This document shows positions 48,903 through 57,215 of a DNA stretch of 64,000 bases, one piece after another. A program made the translations under genes and the position numbers. Position 1 is the first letter of the stretch. Each line of letters opens with the position of its first letter. This DNA comes from Patescibacteria group bacterium (lineage in GTDB: Bacteria; Patescibacteriota; Minisyncoccia; Phycocordibacterales; PALSA-1337): the NCBI GenBank assembly GCA_018971685.1, contig JAGXAG010000002.1:66276-130275 (forward strand), in the 5' to 3' direction. The notes beneath the pieces were generated by a model that ran no database searches, had not been told where the DNA came from, and saw nothing but the letters and a program-made list of their open reading frames with translations.

Positions 48903-49220
48903 CTATCTTATAATAGCTAATATTTCACTTTCCCTGACTATGTAATATTCCTCCTCTCCGACCTTTATTTTATCTCCCCACTGGAAAAGCACTTCGCTGC
49001 CGACTTTGACCGATACAGGCGTCAGTTTACCGTCCTCTACTTTGCCCGGCCCGACCGCTACTACTTCGCCCTTTTTGCTGCCTTTGTCTTCATTGGCAGT
49101 AACCGGAATGATGATGCCGGTCGAAGTTTTGCGCTCCTTTGATTCGGTGTCTTCTTTTATTAAGACCCTATCCGAAAGCGGTTGTAATTTGATTTTCGTC
49201 TCTTTTGTCTCTTTTGACAT
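48903..49220 (-). CDS. groS: Co-chaperonin GroES (Cpn10)
   Basis: KLQPLSDRVLIKEDTESKERKTSTGIIIP ... GEVVAVGPGK. Confidence 0.9.
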   Translation of the reverse strand: MSKETKETKIKLQPLSDRVLIKEDTESKERKTSTGIIIPVTANEDKGSKKGEVVAVGPGKVEDGKLTPVSVKVGSEVLFQWGDKIKVGEEEYYIVRESEILAIIR

Positions 49221-49272
49221 GTTTTTTGCTTTTTGCCTTGAATTAATTGCTGATAATATTTAGGTGTGCACT

Positions 49273-49300
49273 ATTATAATCTATAATTTTTCGTTGGCAA
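49273..49300 (-). promoter_or_regulatory. Putative groES promoter (minus strand: -35 TTGCCA, 16-nt spacer, -10 TATAAT). No CIRCE element is evident.
   Basis: The reverse complement of 49273-49300 reads TTGCCAacgaaaaattatagatTATAAT. Confidence 0.4.
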
Positions 49301-49382
49301 GTCAGACATTTGGCTGCTTCGGCATTTTCAAATTGTAACCTATTTGCATCACAAAATCATCTGTGCTATATTAGCATCGTCA

Positions 49383-49604
49383 ATGAAATCAGTCCTCCCC
49401 TACCTGGAAATCATCCTTTCCGTTATAATGATTGGAGCAATCCTGTTACAGAGAACCGGCGCGCAGGTGGGCGGCGCGTTCGGCGGCAGCGACAACTGGA
49501 GTACTGCGTATCACACCAGGAGAGGAGTCGAAAAGTGGCTGTTCGTTATAACCATCGTGTGCGCGATATTGTTCGCGGCGGCGGCGTTGGTAAATCTGAT
49601 ATGA
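49383..49604 (+). CDS. secG: Preprotein translocase subunit SecG
   Basis: IGAILLQRTGAQVGGAFGGSDNWSTAYHTRRGVEKWLFVITIVCAILF matches the SecG pattern (LLQ..KG.G.G..FGG) between two TM helices. The ATG at 49383 is preferred. Confidence 0.65.
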   Translation: MKSVLPYLEIILSVIMIGAILLQRTGAQVGGAFGGSDNWSTAYHTRRGVEKWLFVITIVCAILFAAAALVNLI

Positions 49605-49715
49605 CCGAATACATTATTTGTTTTACAAATTCCTAATTTTTAATTAACCTAATTTCTAAGAAATACCCAGGTCCCAATCTCCAATTTGATCATCGGTCAT
49701 TAGTCATTGTTTAGA

Positions 49716-49742
49716 TCAATTAGGCTAATTAGGTCAATTAGA
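49716..49742. repeat. Three exactly abutting 9-bp direct repeats (TCAATTAGG / CTAATTAGG / TCAATTAGA). Further ATTAG motifs upstream (49700-49710) continue the ~9-bp phase.
   Basis: Read directly from the sequence, ending 17 nt before the GTG start of the ABC substrate-binding protein gene. Confidence 0.6.
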
Positions 49743-49759
49743 AATTCAGAAACCTCAAA

Positions 49760-51565
49760 GTGCCAGAATCCACCCAAAAAGAGTTCCGCTTCAAACGCGG
49801 TTCAAGAGCGCTCGGATACATAAAAAAGTTCTCCGCCACCGAGAAAGTCGTTTTCGGCGTGTTTGTAATTCTAGCTTTGGTGACTGCGCTCTCCATGGCC
49901 GTTCGCGCCGCCGACAACTTCATGGTACTGATACCTGCCTACGGTGGCACTCTGCGCGAAGGGGTCGTCGGCTTGCCCAGGACGATCAATCCCGTGCTGG
50001 CTGTAACCGATGTTGACAGGGATCTGACGGCGCTTGTTTATTCCGGATTGATGAAATACCAAAATGGCAACCTTGTTCCGGATATCGCCAAGTCTTATGA
50101 CATCTCTAAAGACGGCTTGACATACGATTTCAAACTGAGAGACGATGTTTATTTTCAAGACGGCAAACCACTAAACGCAGACGACATTGAATTCACGGTG
50201 CAAAAAATACAAGATCCAAACTTGAAAAGCCCTAGACGCGCCGATTGGACCAATGTCATCGTTAAAAAGATAAGCGATTATGAAATACAATTCATCTTGA
50301 AACAAGCCTATTCCCCGTTTCTTGCCAACACGACCATCGGCATATTGCCCAAGCATGTTTGGGGTAATATAAGCGACGACCAATTCATTTTCAGCCAATA
50401 TAATACCGATCCGATCGGATCCGGACCTTATAAAATCGCCGGCATGGCGCGCGATCAAGGCGGCATTCCCACTGAATACGATCTGGAGACATGGAAGTCG
50501 TACTACGGCAAGGAGCCATACATTCCTTCGCTCGTCTTTGATTTTTATTCCGACGCCGATAAGATCGTCACGGATCTCGGCGCCGGCAAAATAGACTCAG
50601 CCGCCGCCATCGCACCAGAAACGGCCGCTAATCTGGCAAGCGATTTGGCACAGCCGTATACGGTGTTGTCGGCGCCAATGCCGCGAATTTTCGGAGTGTT
50701 TTTCAACCAAAACCAAGCACCGGTTTTGGCCGATGCGACGGTCAGACAAGCTTTGGATATGGCTGTTGACAGAGACGCTATTATCGCCAGAGTGCTCGAT
50801 GGTTACGGCATACCCGCCGACGGGCCTTTGCCGGCCGGATTTCTAGAAAACGCAACCGATACTCGATCCGCCCCCTTGAATAGCGACATAGCCACCAGTG
50901 CACCCGCCGCGACCACTTCGGCCGAATCTTTACGGAAGATATCCGATGCGCAATCGCTATTGCAAAATAAAGGCTGGGCCATGGACAGTAATGGCTTCTT
51001 AGCCAAGAAATCAGGCAAAACGACCAACGAGCTTGCCTTTGACATATACACCGCCGATTCACCGGACCTGAAATCCACAGCCGAAATGGTCAGGGACGCT
51101 TGGACCAAACTTGGCGCCAAAGTCAGCGTCAAAGTCTTTGAGACCGGCGATCTGTATCAGAATGTCATCCGCACCCGCAAGTACGACGCCCTTCTTTTCG
51201 GCGAGCAGATCGGCAAGGACGGCGATCTCTATGCCTTCTGGCATTCTTCGCAAAGAAATTCGCCGGGCTTGAATGTGGCCATGTACGCCAACAGCAAAGT
51301 CGACAAGGTATTGGAGGATTTGCGCTCGTCGACCGATCCGGCGACCCGCGTCGGCGACTATGCCAAACTGGAACAAATGATCAGTGCCGACACGCCAGCG
51401 GTATTCCTTTATTCGCCGGATTTCATTTATGCCGTACCGAAAACGCTGAGCGGCATAACCTTGGATTCGATCACAACGCCGACGGACAGATGGAACTCAG
51501 TTTCCAACTGGTACTTGGATACGGAAAAAGTATGGAAGATGTTCGCCAACAATCGGATCGAGTAA
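49760..51565 (+). CDS. ABC transporter substrate-binding protein, family 5 (oligopeptide/nickel type), membrane-anchored
   Basis: N-terminal TM anchor and SBP_bac_5 collinearity (DKDGLTYDFKLRDDVYFQDGKPLNADD, GSGPYKI). GTG start. Confidence 0.8.
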   Translation: MPESTQKEFRFKRGSRALGYIKKFSATEKVVFGVFVILALVTALSMAVRAADNFMVLIPAYGGTLREGVVGLPRTINPVLAVTDVDRDLTALVYSGLMKYQNGNLVPDIAKSYDISKDGLTYDFKLRDDVYFQDGKPLNADDIEFTVQKIQDPNLKSPRRADWTNVIVKKISDYEIQFILKQAYSPFLANTTIGILPKHVWGNISDDQFIFSQYNTDPIGSGPYKIAGMARDQGGIPTEYDLETWKSYYGKEPYIPSLVFDFYSDADKIVTDLGAGKIDSAAAIAPETAANLASDLAQPYTVLSAPMPRIFGVFFNQNQAPVLADATVRQALDMAVDRDAIIARVLDGYGIPADGPLPAGFLENATDTRSAPLNSDIATSAPAATTSAESLRKISDAQSLLQNKGWAMDSNGFLAKKSGKTTNELAFDIYTADSPDLKSTAEMVRDAWTKLGAKVSVKVFETGDLYQNVIRTRKYDALLFGEQIGKDGDLYAFWHSSQRNSPGLNVAMYANSKVDKVLEDLRSSTDPATRVGDYAKLEQMISADTPAVFLYSPDFIYAVPKTLSGITLDSITTPTDRWNSVSNWYLDTEKVWKMFANNRIE

Positions 51566-51622
51566 ATCGGAAATAGTAGATGAGAAACAAATTACAAATA
51601 ACAATTTGAAAAATAAAAGGTA

Positions 51623-53668
51623 ATGAACAATCAATCAAACAATTACAATAGACGCCGCCCGGCTCAATTCCGGCCACGGCGACCGTTCGTACGCCAGGTC
51701 CAGACCAGGATTTTGCGACAGGAAACACCGTCTGCAAATGCTCAAAGCGCGTCTACGACGAATAAAATACCAGATCCATTTTCGGCGCAACACACCCACC
51801 GGATCGTGATGGGCCGCGGCGCCAGCAAAGTTTTTGCCAAGAGATTCGAAGATAAAACGGGTGGCGAAGGCTTGAGGCCGCGCAAGCATGTCGCCGGCGC
51901 CCGAATGAGCATAATGCGCAAAGCCCCTCGAATGGCCAGGCGCCCGGCGCCGCGGCATTTGGTATCGAAGCGCGAAGACGATATCATCCCGCCGCTCGCG
52001 GACGGCGCCATCAGGATAATACCATTGGGCGGCGTCGAGGAAGTCGGCCGCAACATGACCGCCATCGAACATAAAGGCGACATCATCATCGTAGACATGG
52101 GCTTCCAATTCAAGGAAGAAGGCACGCCGGGCATCGATTACATCCTACCCAATACCAAATATCTGGAGGAACGGACAAACATGATCCGCGGCGTTTTCAT
52201 CACTCACGGACACCTCGACCATATCGGCGGCATTCCTTATATCATGCCTCGGATCGGCAATCCGCCCATTTACTCCAGGCAATTCGGAGCGATCATGATC
52301 CAAAAGCGCCAAGCTGAATTTCCGAATGTGCCGCCTTTGGACATGAAAGTGCTGGACAAGAATGAAACCGTGGCGATAAGCCCAAATATGAAAGTCGAGA
52401 CTTTCGCTATTTCGCACACCATTCCGGACTCGATGGGGCTCATCATCCACACATCGGTCGGAGACATCGCATTCATCGAAGATGTTCGCGTCGACAATAT
52501 AAACGGCGCTGTTACCGAAGAAGAAGAGAAACAGTACGAAAGATTCAAAGGCAAGAAGATGCTCTTGCTCACCATGGATTCGACTTCGATCGAAAAGCAC
52601 GGTTTCTCGCTCTCCGAGAGCACGGTCACGGAGAACATCGAAAAGATCATCAAAGTGTCTTCCGGCAGGATCATCATAGGCACTTTCGCATCGCAAGTGG
52701 AACGTATCGTGAATATCGTCAAGATCGCCGAAAAATACAACAAGAAGATCGCCGTCGAGGGCCGCAGCATGAAAACAAACATCGAAATCATCCAGCAACT
52801 GAAACTCGCCAAAATCTCGAACATAATTCCGGTCGAAGATATCGAAAATTATCCGCCCGACAGGATCATAATGTTGGTAACCGGCGCGCAGGGCGAAGAA
52901 TTCGCGGCCTTGATGCGCATTGCCAACAAGTCGCACAAATATATCCGCTTGCGCCCGACAGACACGATCGTTCTGTCGTCGTCGATCATTCCGACGAATT
53001 ACATGTCTGTCGTCAAGCTCAAAGACAACCTGTACCGCTCGGAGGCAAAAGTCATTACTTATCTCGATTCGGACATTCACGCTTCTGGGCACGGCAACCG
53101 CGGCGAATTGAAATGGATCCACGAACATATCGACTACAAGTTTTTTATGCCGGTGCACGGCAACCATTACATGTTGCGCCAGCATGCGGAATTGGCACAG
53201 TCGCTCGGCAAACCGAGAGAAAACATCGTGGTTCCGGACAACGGGTCGCTCATCGAAATCGACCCTGAAGGCAACAAGGTCACGGTACGCAAAGAAAAAG
53301 CGCCTTCTGGCCTGGTGATGGTTGACGGCTTTTCGGTCGGCAATGTGCAGGATGTCGTTATTCGCGATCGCCAAGCGCTGGCGCAAGACGGCATATTCAT
53401 CGTCTTCGGCATCATTAACGCCTCGACGGGCAAGCTCAAGAAGTCGCCGGATATCATTTCGCGCGGATTCGTCTATCTGCGCGAGTCGCAAGAACTGCTG
53501 TACGAAGTGCGCCAAATCATCAAAGAGACGGTCGAGCGCGCCGCGCGCGGCATGAATCCGATCAATATTGATTTTATCAAAGACAGTGTCTCCGACGCAG
53601 TCTCCAAATACCTCCTGCAAAAAACCGCCAAACGCCCGATGGTCATTCCGGTCATTTTGACGATTTGA
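51623..53668 (+). CDS. rnj: Ribonuclease J (beta-CASP metallo-beta-lactamase) with a ~125-aa basic Arg/Pro-rich N-terminal extension
   Basis: IIPLGGVEEVGRNMTAIEH, HxHxDH motif FITHGHLDHIGG, beta-CASP and C-terminal domains. The N-terminal extension is encoded by GC-rich patches with repeat-family-like sub-motifs. Confidence 0.85.
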   Translation: MNNQSNNYNRRRPAQFRPRRPFVRQVQTRILRQETPSANAQSASTTNKIPDPFSAQHTHRIVMGRGASKVFAKRFEDKTGGEGLRPRKHVAGARMSIMRKAPRMARRPAPRHLVSKREDDIIPPLADGAIRIIPLGGVEEVGRNMTAIEHKGDIIIVDMGFQFKEEGTPGIDYILPNTKYLEERTNMIRGVFITHGHLDHIGGIPYIMPRIGNPPIYSRQFGAIMIQKRQAEFPNVPPLDMKVLDKNETVAISPNMKVETFAISHTIPDSMGLIIHTSVGDIAFIEDVRVDNINGAVTEEEEKQYERFKGKKMLLLTMDSTSIEKHGFSLSESTVTENIEKIIKVSSGRIIIGTFASQVERIVNIVKIAEKYNKKIAVEGRSMKTNIEIIQQLKLAKISNIIPVEDIENYPPDRIIMLVTGAQGEEFAALMRIANKSHKYIRLRPTDTIVLSSSIIPTNYMSVVKLKDNLYRSEAKVITYLDSDIHASGHGNRGELKWIHEHIDYKFFMPVHGNHYMLRQHAELAQSLGKPRENIVVPDNGSLIEIDPEGNKVTVRKEKAPSGLVMVDGFSVGNVQDVVIRDRQALAQDGIFIVFGIINASTGKLKKSPDIISRGFVYLRESQELLYEVRQIIKETVERAARGMNPINIDFIKDSVSDAVSKYLLQKTAKRPMVIPVILTI

Positions 53669-53738
53669 TATTTTCTGAAATTATGTCCAGTGAAAGACCG
53701 TCCCGATGCATATCGGAACGGTCTTTGCCGTGTGAACC

Positions 53739-54443
53739 ATGATTCGTGTATTATTAGTTTTAATGAAAATCGCCGACCAATTGACCAAACTGAACCACCA
53801 CGCGTACTGTATTGCCGGCAATGATCTGGCAGCCGAGGAGATTGTCAACGCCTTGGCGAAACTGCACGGCATAGAGGCAAAAAGCAACCCCGATTTTGCC
53901 GTCGAAACATACGAGACTTTCACCATTTCCGACGCGCGCAGACTGAAAGATTCCTCTAACATAAAACCCGTCGATTCATCCGGTAAAAAAATCTTCATTC
54001 TGACCTTGGACAGCATTACGACCGAGGCGCAAAACGCGCTCTTGAAATTGCTCGAGGAGCCCGCCGAATACGCGCACTTCTTCCTGATCGTGCCTTCGGC
54101 GTATTTATTACTGCCCACAGTCAAGTCCCGCCTTTTTTTCCTTGAATGGGAACGCGGCAACCTTAATGCCGTTTCGAAAAAAGAGGCCGAGGCGTTCTTG
54201 AAGCTCGGTCTTTCCAAGAAACTGGAGTTCATTAAAAAACTGACCGATGACATTTCCAAAGAGAGAAAAACCAAACGCGCCGCCGTCGATTTCCTCAACG
54301 CCGTCGAAGCTGTCGTTTACAAAGAAAAAGGAGTCAAAACGGGCCGGAAGACGCTCGAATCAATTCAGTTGGCCAGAAAATATTTAAACGACAGGGCACC
54401 TTCGGTGAAGATGCTTCTGGAGCTTGTGACGCTGTCGTTATAA
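53739..54443 (+). CDS. holB: DNA polymerase III delta-prime subunit-like (clamp-loader AAA+ with a degenerate P-loop)
   Basis: NALLKLLEEP and LPTVKSRL (SRC-like) motifs at a size typical of HolB. Confidence 0.55.
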   Translation: MIRVLLVLMKIADQLTKLNHHAYCIAGNDLAAEEIVNALAKLHGIEAKSNPDFAVETYETFTISDARRLKDSSNIKPVDSSGKKIFILTLDSITTEAQNALLKLLEEPAEYAHFFLIVPSAYLLLPTVKSRLFFLEWERGNLNAVSKKEAEAFLKLGLSKKLEFIKKLTDDISKERKTKRAAVDFLNAVEAVVYKEKGVKTGRKTLESIQLARKYLNDRAPSVKMLLELVTLSL

Positions 54444-54453
54444 AGAAAATAAA

Positions 54454-54540
54454 TTGACCGCCAGAGACTCAGCAAACGCTGTTTGTTCTCTAGCGGTCGA
54501 GCGGGCCGTCGGACTTAATTCAAATGAGTTTTGGCGGTCT
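54454..54540. ncRNA. Candidate structured element or small RNA: the outer stem GACCGCCA...TGGCGGTC encloses imperfect hairpins
   Basis: 8-bp closing helix (54454-61 / 54533-40) with internal GACCGCCAGAGAC / GTTCTCTAGCGGTC pairing. No sRNA family motif was recognised. Confidence 0.2.
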
Positions 54541-54682
54541 TCATAGTCTATAGCAATGATCCACTTGGCAGCCGGTACTTTCGTACCTATCAAACTCCAA
54601 GACTTTTCCAAGATCATCTGACCACCAGAATACCAGAACACACTTTTTTGTCAAGCACAAATGCGGTTTTCCAATCATTAAA

Positions 54683-54707
54683 AAGGAAAAAGTGGCTTTA
54701 TTAAGCC
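54683..54707 (-). terminator. Rho-independent terminator downstream of mreB (GTGGCTT-TATTA-AAGCCAC, then a U-tract on the minus strand)
   Basis: A perfect 7-bp stem at 54690-54707 with an A5 run on the plus strand at 54685-89. Confidence 0.5.
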
Positions 54708-54798
54708 ACTATATGGAAAACAAGATAAAATCAATCCGAGTAAAATTCAAGGCAAAACTGGGAATAAAACCAAAATCTGGCGACAGGGGTGGTGAAAA

Positions 54799-55815
54799 TC
54801 ACCGGCGCTTGGAAATCACCGCCTTTTTGTAGGTGTCGAGGTGTTCGAGCGCGATGCCGGTACCCTTGGCGACACAGAGAAGCGGTTCGTCAGCAACTTG
54901 CGCCTTGACGCCCGTGCGGCGGAAGACCAATTCCGCCATATTGCGCAACAAGGAAGAGCCGCCCGTCAGAATAATCCCTTGATCAATAATGTCCGCCGCC
55001 AATTCCGGCGGCGTCTCTTGCAAAACATCCTTTATCGCCGTGATCATGTCGCGCAACTCTTTTGAAATCGCCTTGACGATTTCATTCGTTTTAACCTCCA
55101 CCGACCGCGGCAAACCGGTGATAAAATCACGACCTTTCACCAGCATCGCCAATTCTTGATCCAGAGGGATCGCCGAGCCGATCTTCGTCTTGATGTCTTC
55201 CGCCATATGGTCCCCGATCGCCAGATTGAACGACTTTTTCACGAAGTCCGCAATCGCCGCGTCAAGCTTATTACCGGCGCATTTGACCGAAGTCGAGGCC
55301 ACAATACCGCCCAGAGAAATCACCGCCACATCCGTCGTGCCGCCGCCGATATCGACGATCATATGCCCGCGCGCTTCGTGGATGGGAATGCCTGCGCCGA
55401 TCGCCGCCAAAATAGGCTCCTTGACGACATAGGCATTCTTGGCGCCGGCGCGCACGGCGGCTTCGATGACCGCGCGGCGTTCCGTCGAAGTTATGCCGGC
55501 CGGCACCGACACCATCACATCCGGCTTGAAAAAATTCCACCGGCCCATCGCTTTGTCGATAAAGTGCCGAAGCATCGCTTCGGTCACGCGATAGTCGGCA
55601 ATAACGCCGTCCCTCATGGGCCTGTAAGCAACGATCGTGTCCGGTGTGCGGCCGACCATTTCTTTGGCCTCGTCGCCGACCGAAAGCACTTTTTTGTCCG
55701 TTTCGGAAACCGCCACCACCGACGGTTCGTTCATGACGATGCCCTTGCCGGGCACGAAAACGACGGTATTGGCGGTACCGAGATCGATGCCCAATTTCGG
55801 AGAAAATACGCTCAT
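54799..55815 (-). CDS. mreB: Rod shape-determining protein MreB
   Basis: IDLGTANTVVFV, DIGGGTTDVAVI and the actin-fold phosphate/adenosine motifs. Confidence 0.9.
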   Translation of the reverse strand: MSVFSPKLGIDLGTANTVVFVPGKGIVMNEPSVVAVSETDKKVLSVGDEAKEMVGRTPDTIVAYRPMRDGVIADYRVTEAMLRHFIDKAMGRWNFFKPDVMVSVPAGITSTERRAVIEAAVRAGAKNAYVVKEPILAAIGAGIPIHEARGHMIVDIGGGTTDVAVISLGGIVASTSVKCAGNKLDAAIADFVKKSFNLAIGDHMAEDIKTKIGSAIPLDQELAMLVKGRDFITGLPRSVEVKTNEIVKAISKELRDMITAIKDVLQETPPELAADIIDQGIILTGGSSLLRNMAELVFRRTGVKAQVADEPLLCVAKGTGIALEHLDTYKKAVISKRR

Positions 55816-55852
55816 GTCCGTATGTTTGAATATAGCACAAAGATAACCGTTG

Positions 55853-57154
55853 TCACTTCCTCTCGATATTCGCTCCGATGGCTTTCAATTTTTCTTCTAA
55901 TCTTTCATACCCCCTGTCTAAGAGCCGCACATTATTCACGGTAAACTTTCCCTTTCCGACGAGCGCCGCGAGCACTATCGCGAAGCCCGCGCGGATATCG
56001 TGTACGCGCAATTCTTGGCCGCTGGGCAACTCGCTGAGCGCCGTCGGGCCTTTTATCACAATCTCGCGCGGATTTACAACTGCGATGTCGGCACCAGCCT
56101 GTTTCAAATCTTCAACATACTTGAATCGTCCATCATAAATCGTCTCGAGTACTGAACTTTTACCGGCAGCTTGCGTCAGAAATACCGTCATCGGTGCCTG
56201 TAAATCGGTCGGAAAACCTGGATATTCGTGAGTCCGCAGATCATTCACGGCCTTGAATGAAACTCCTTTTTCGGTTACGCTCCTTACCAACAGGTTGGAC
56301 TTGTCTATTTCGATGGATACGCCGGCATTATGCAATACATTTATTGCCGCTTCCATATGTTTCGGCTCACAACCTTCGATTTTCAACTCCTCGGCGCACA
56401 ACGCTCCCAGAATAAGAAAACTGCCGGATTCGATCCTGTCCGGAATGGTTACATAAGGCTTGATAGATTTTAACAGCTTGCCGGCAGTGCCTTCTATCTC
56501 AATAGTTGTTGTGCCGGCGCCTTTTATGTTCGCACCGCACGAATTCAACCATTCGGCAATACTGGCGATTTCCGGCTCCATGGCGCAATTTTTTAGCACC
56601 GTCCTGCCTTTCGCCAAAACCGCCGCCATCATCAATGTCTCGGTACCGCCGACCGTCTGCTTGTCAAAAAACATTTCCGCGCCCTTCAAGCCTTTTTCAG
56701 CCTGAATGTCGTACAGGCCGTTCTCCGCGACCGTGGCTCTCATGCTCCTGTATCCGTCCAAAAACAAATCGATCGGCCGCGCCCCTATCACGCAACCGCC
56801 CGGCGCCGGAAACGAAACTCTGCCGAATCTCGCCAATAAAGGCCCGGTCAGAACCACTGACGCCCGCATGCTTCCGGCCAATTCCGCGTCGATGTCCGTG
56901 TTGTTGATTTTGCTCGCGTCGATTGTTAAAGTTTCCGATTTTTCGACCCTTGCTCCCAGCTTGCTCAATATTTCACTCATCGTTTTGATATCCTCGGTCT
57001 CGGGCACATTGGTCAATTCCACCGCGCCGTCGAAAAGCGCGGCCGCGGCCATCGCTTTCAAGGCCGCGTTCTTCGCCCCCTGAATTTTGACCGATCCTTT
57101 CAGTTTTTTTTCGCCCTCGAGGCCTTCAATGATGAATTTGTCTTTTTTATCCAT
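55853..57154 (-). CDS. murA: UDP-N-acetylglucosamine 1-carboxyvinyltransferase
   Basis: MDKKDKFIIEGLEGEKKLKGSVKIQGAKNAALKAM aligns to the MurA N-terminus. The internal ATG at complement 57152-57154 is preferred over the 42-codon upstream extension. Confidence 0.85.
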   Translation of the reverse strand: MDKKDKFIIEGLEGEKKLKGSVKIQGAKNAALKAMAAAALFDGAVELTNVPETEDIKTMSEILSKLGARVEKSETLTIDASKINNTDIDAELAGSMRASVVLTGPLLARFGRVSFPAPGGCVIGARPIDLFLDGYRSMRATVAENGLYDIQAEKGLKGAEMFFDKQTVGGTETLMMAAVLAKGRTVLKNCAMEPEIASIAEWLNSCGANIKGAGTTTIEIEGTAGKLLKSIKPYVTIPDRIESGSFLILGALCAEELKIEGCEPKHMEAAINVLHNAGVSIEIDKSNLLVRSVTEKGVSFKAVNDLRTHEYPGFPTDLQAPMTVFLTQAAGKSSVLETIYDGRFKYVEDLKQAGADIAVVNPREIVIKGPTALSELPSGQELRVHDIRAGFAIVLAALVGKGKFTVNNVRLLDRGYERLEEKLKAIGANIERK

Positions 57155-57215
57155 AAGTACGGCAATTGTAGCTTGATTCTCGATAATTCTCAACGGATGT
57201 TGTATAAATAGAGCA

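Noticed and set aside
52145-53620. A 491-aa ORF on the minus strand, plus nested ORFs at 51635-52134 and 52270-52824
   Set aside because: It is entirely antisense to the well-supported RNase J gene. The composition is Arg/His/Asp-rich with no motifs, a typical shadow ORF of a GC-moderate gene.
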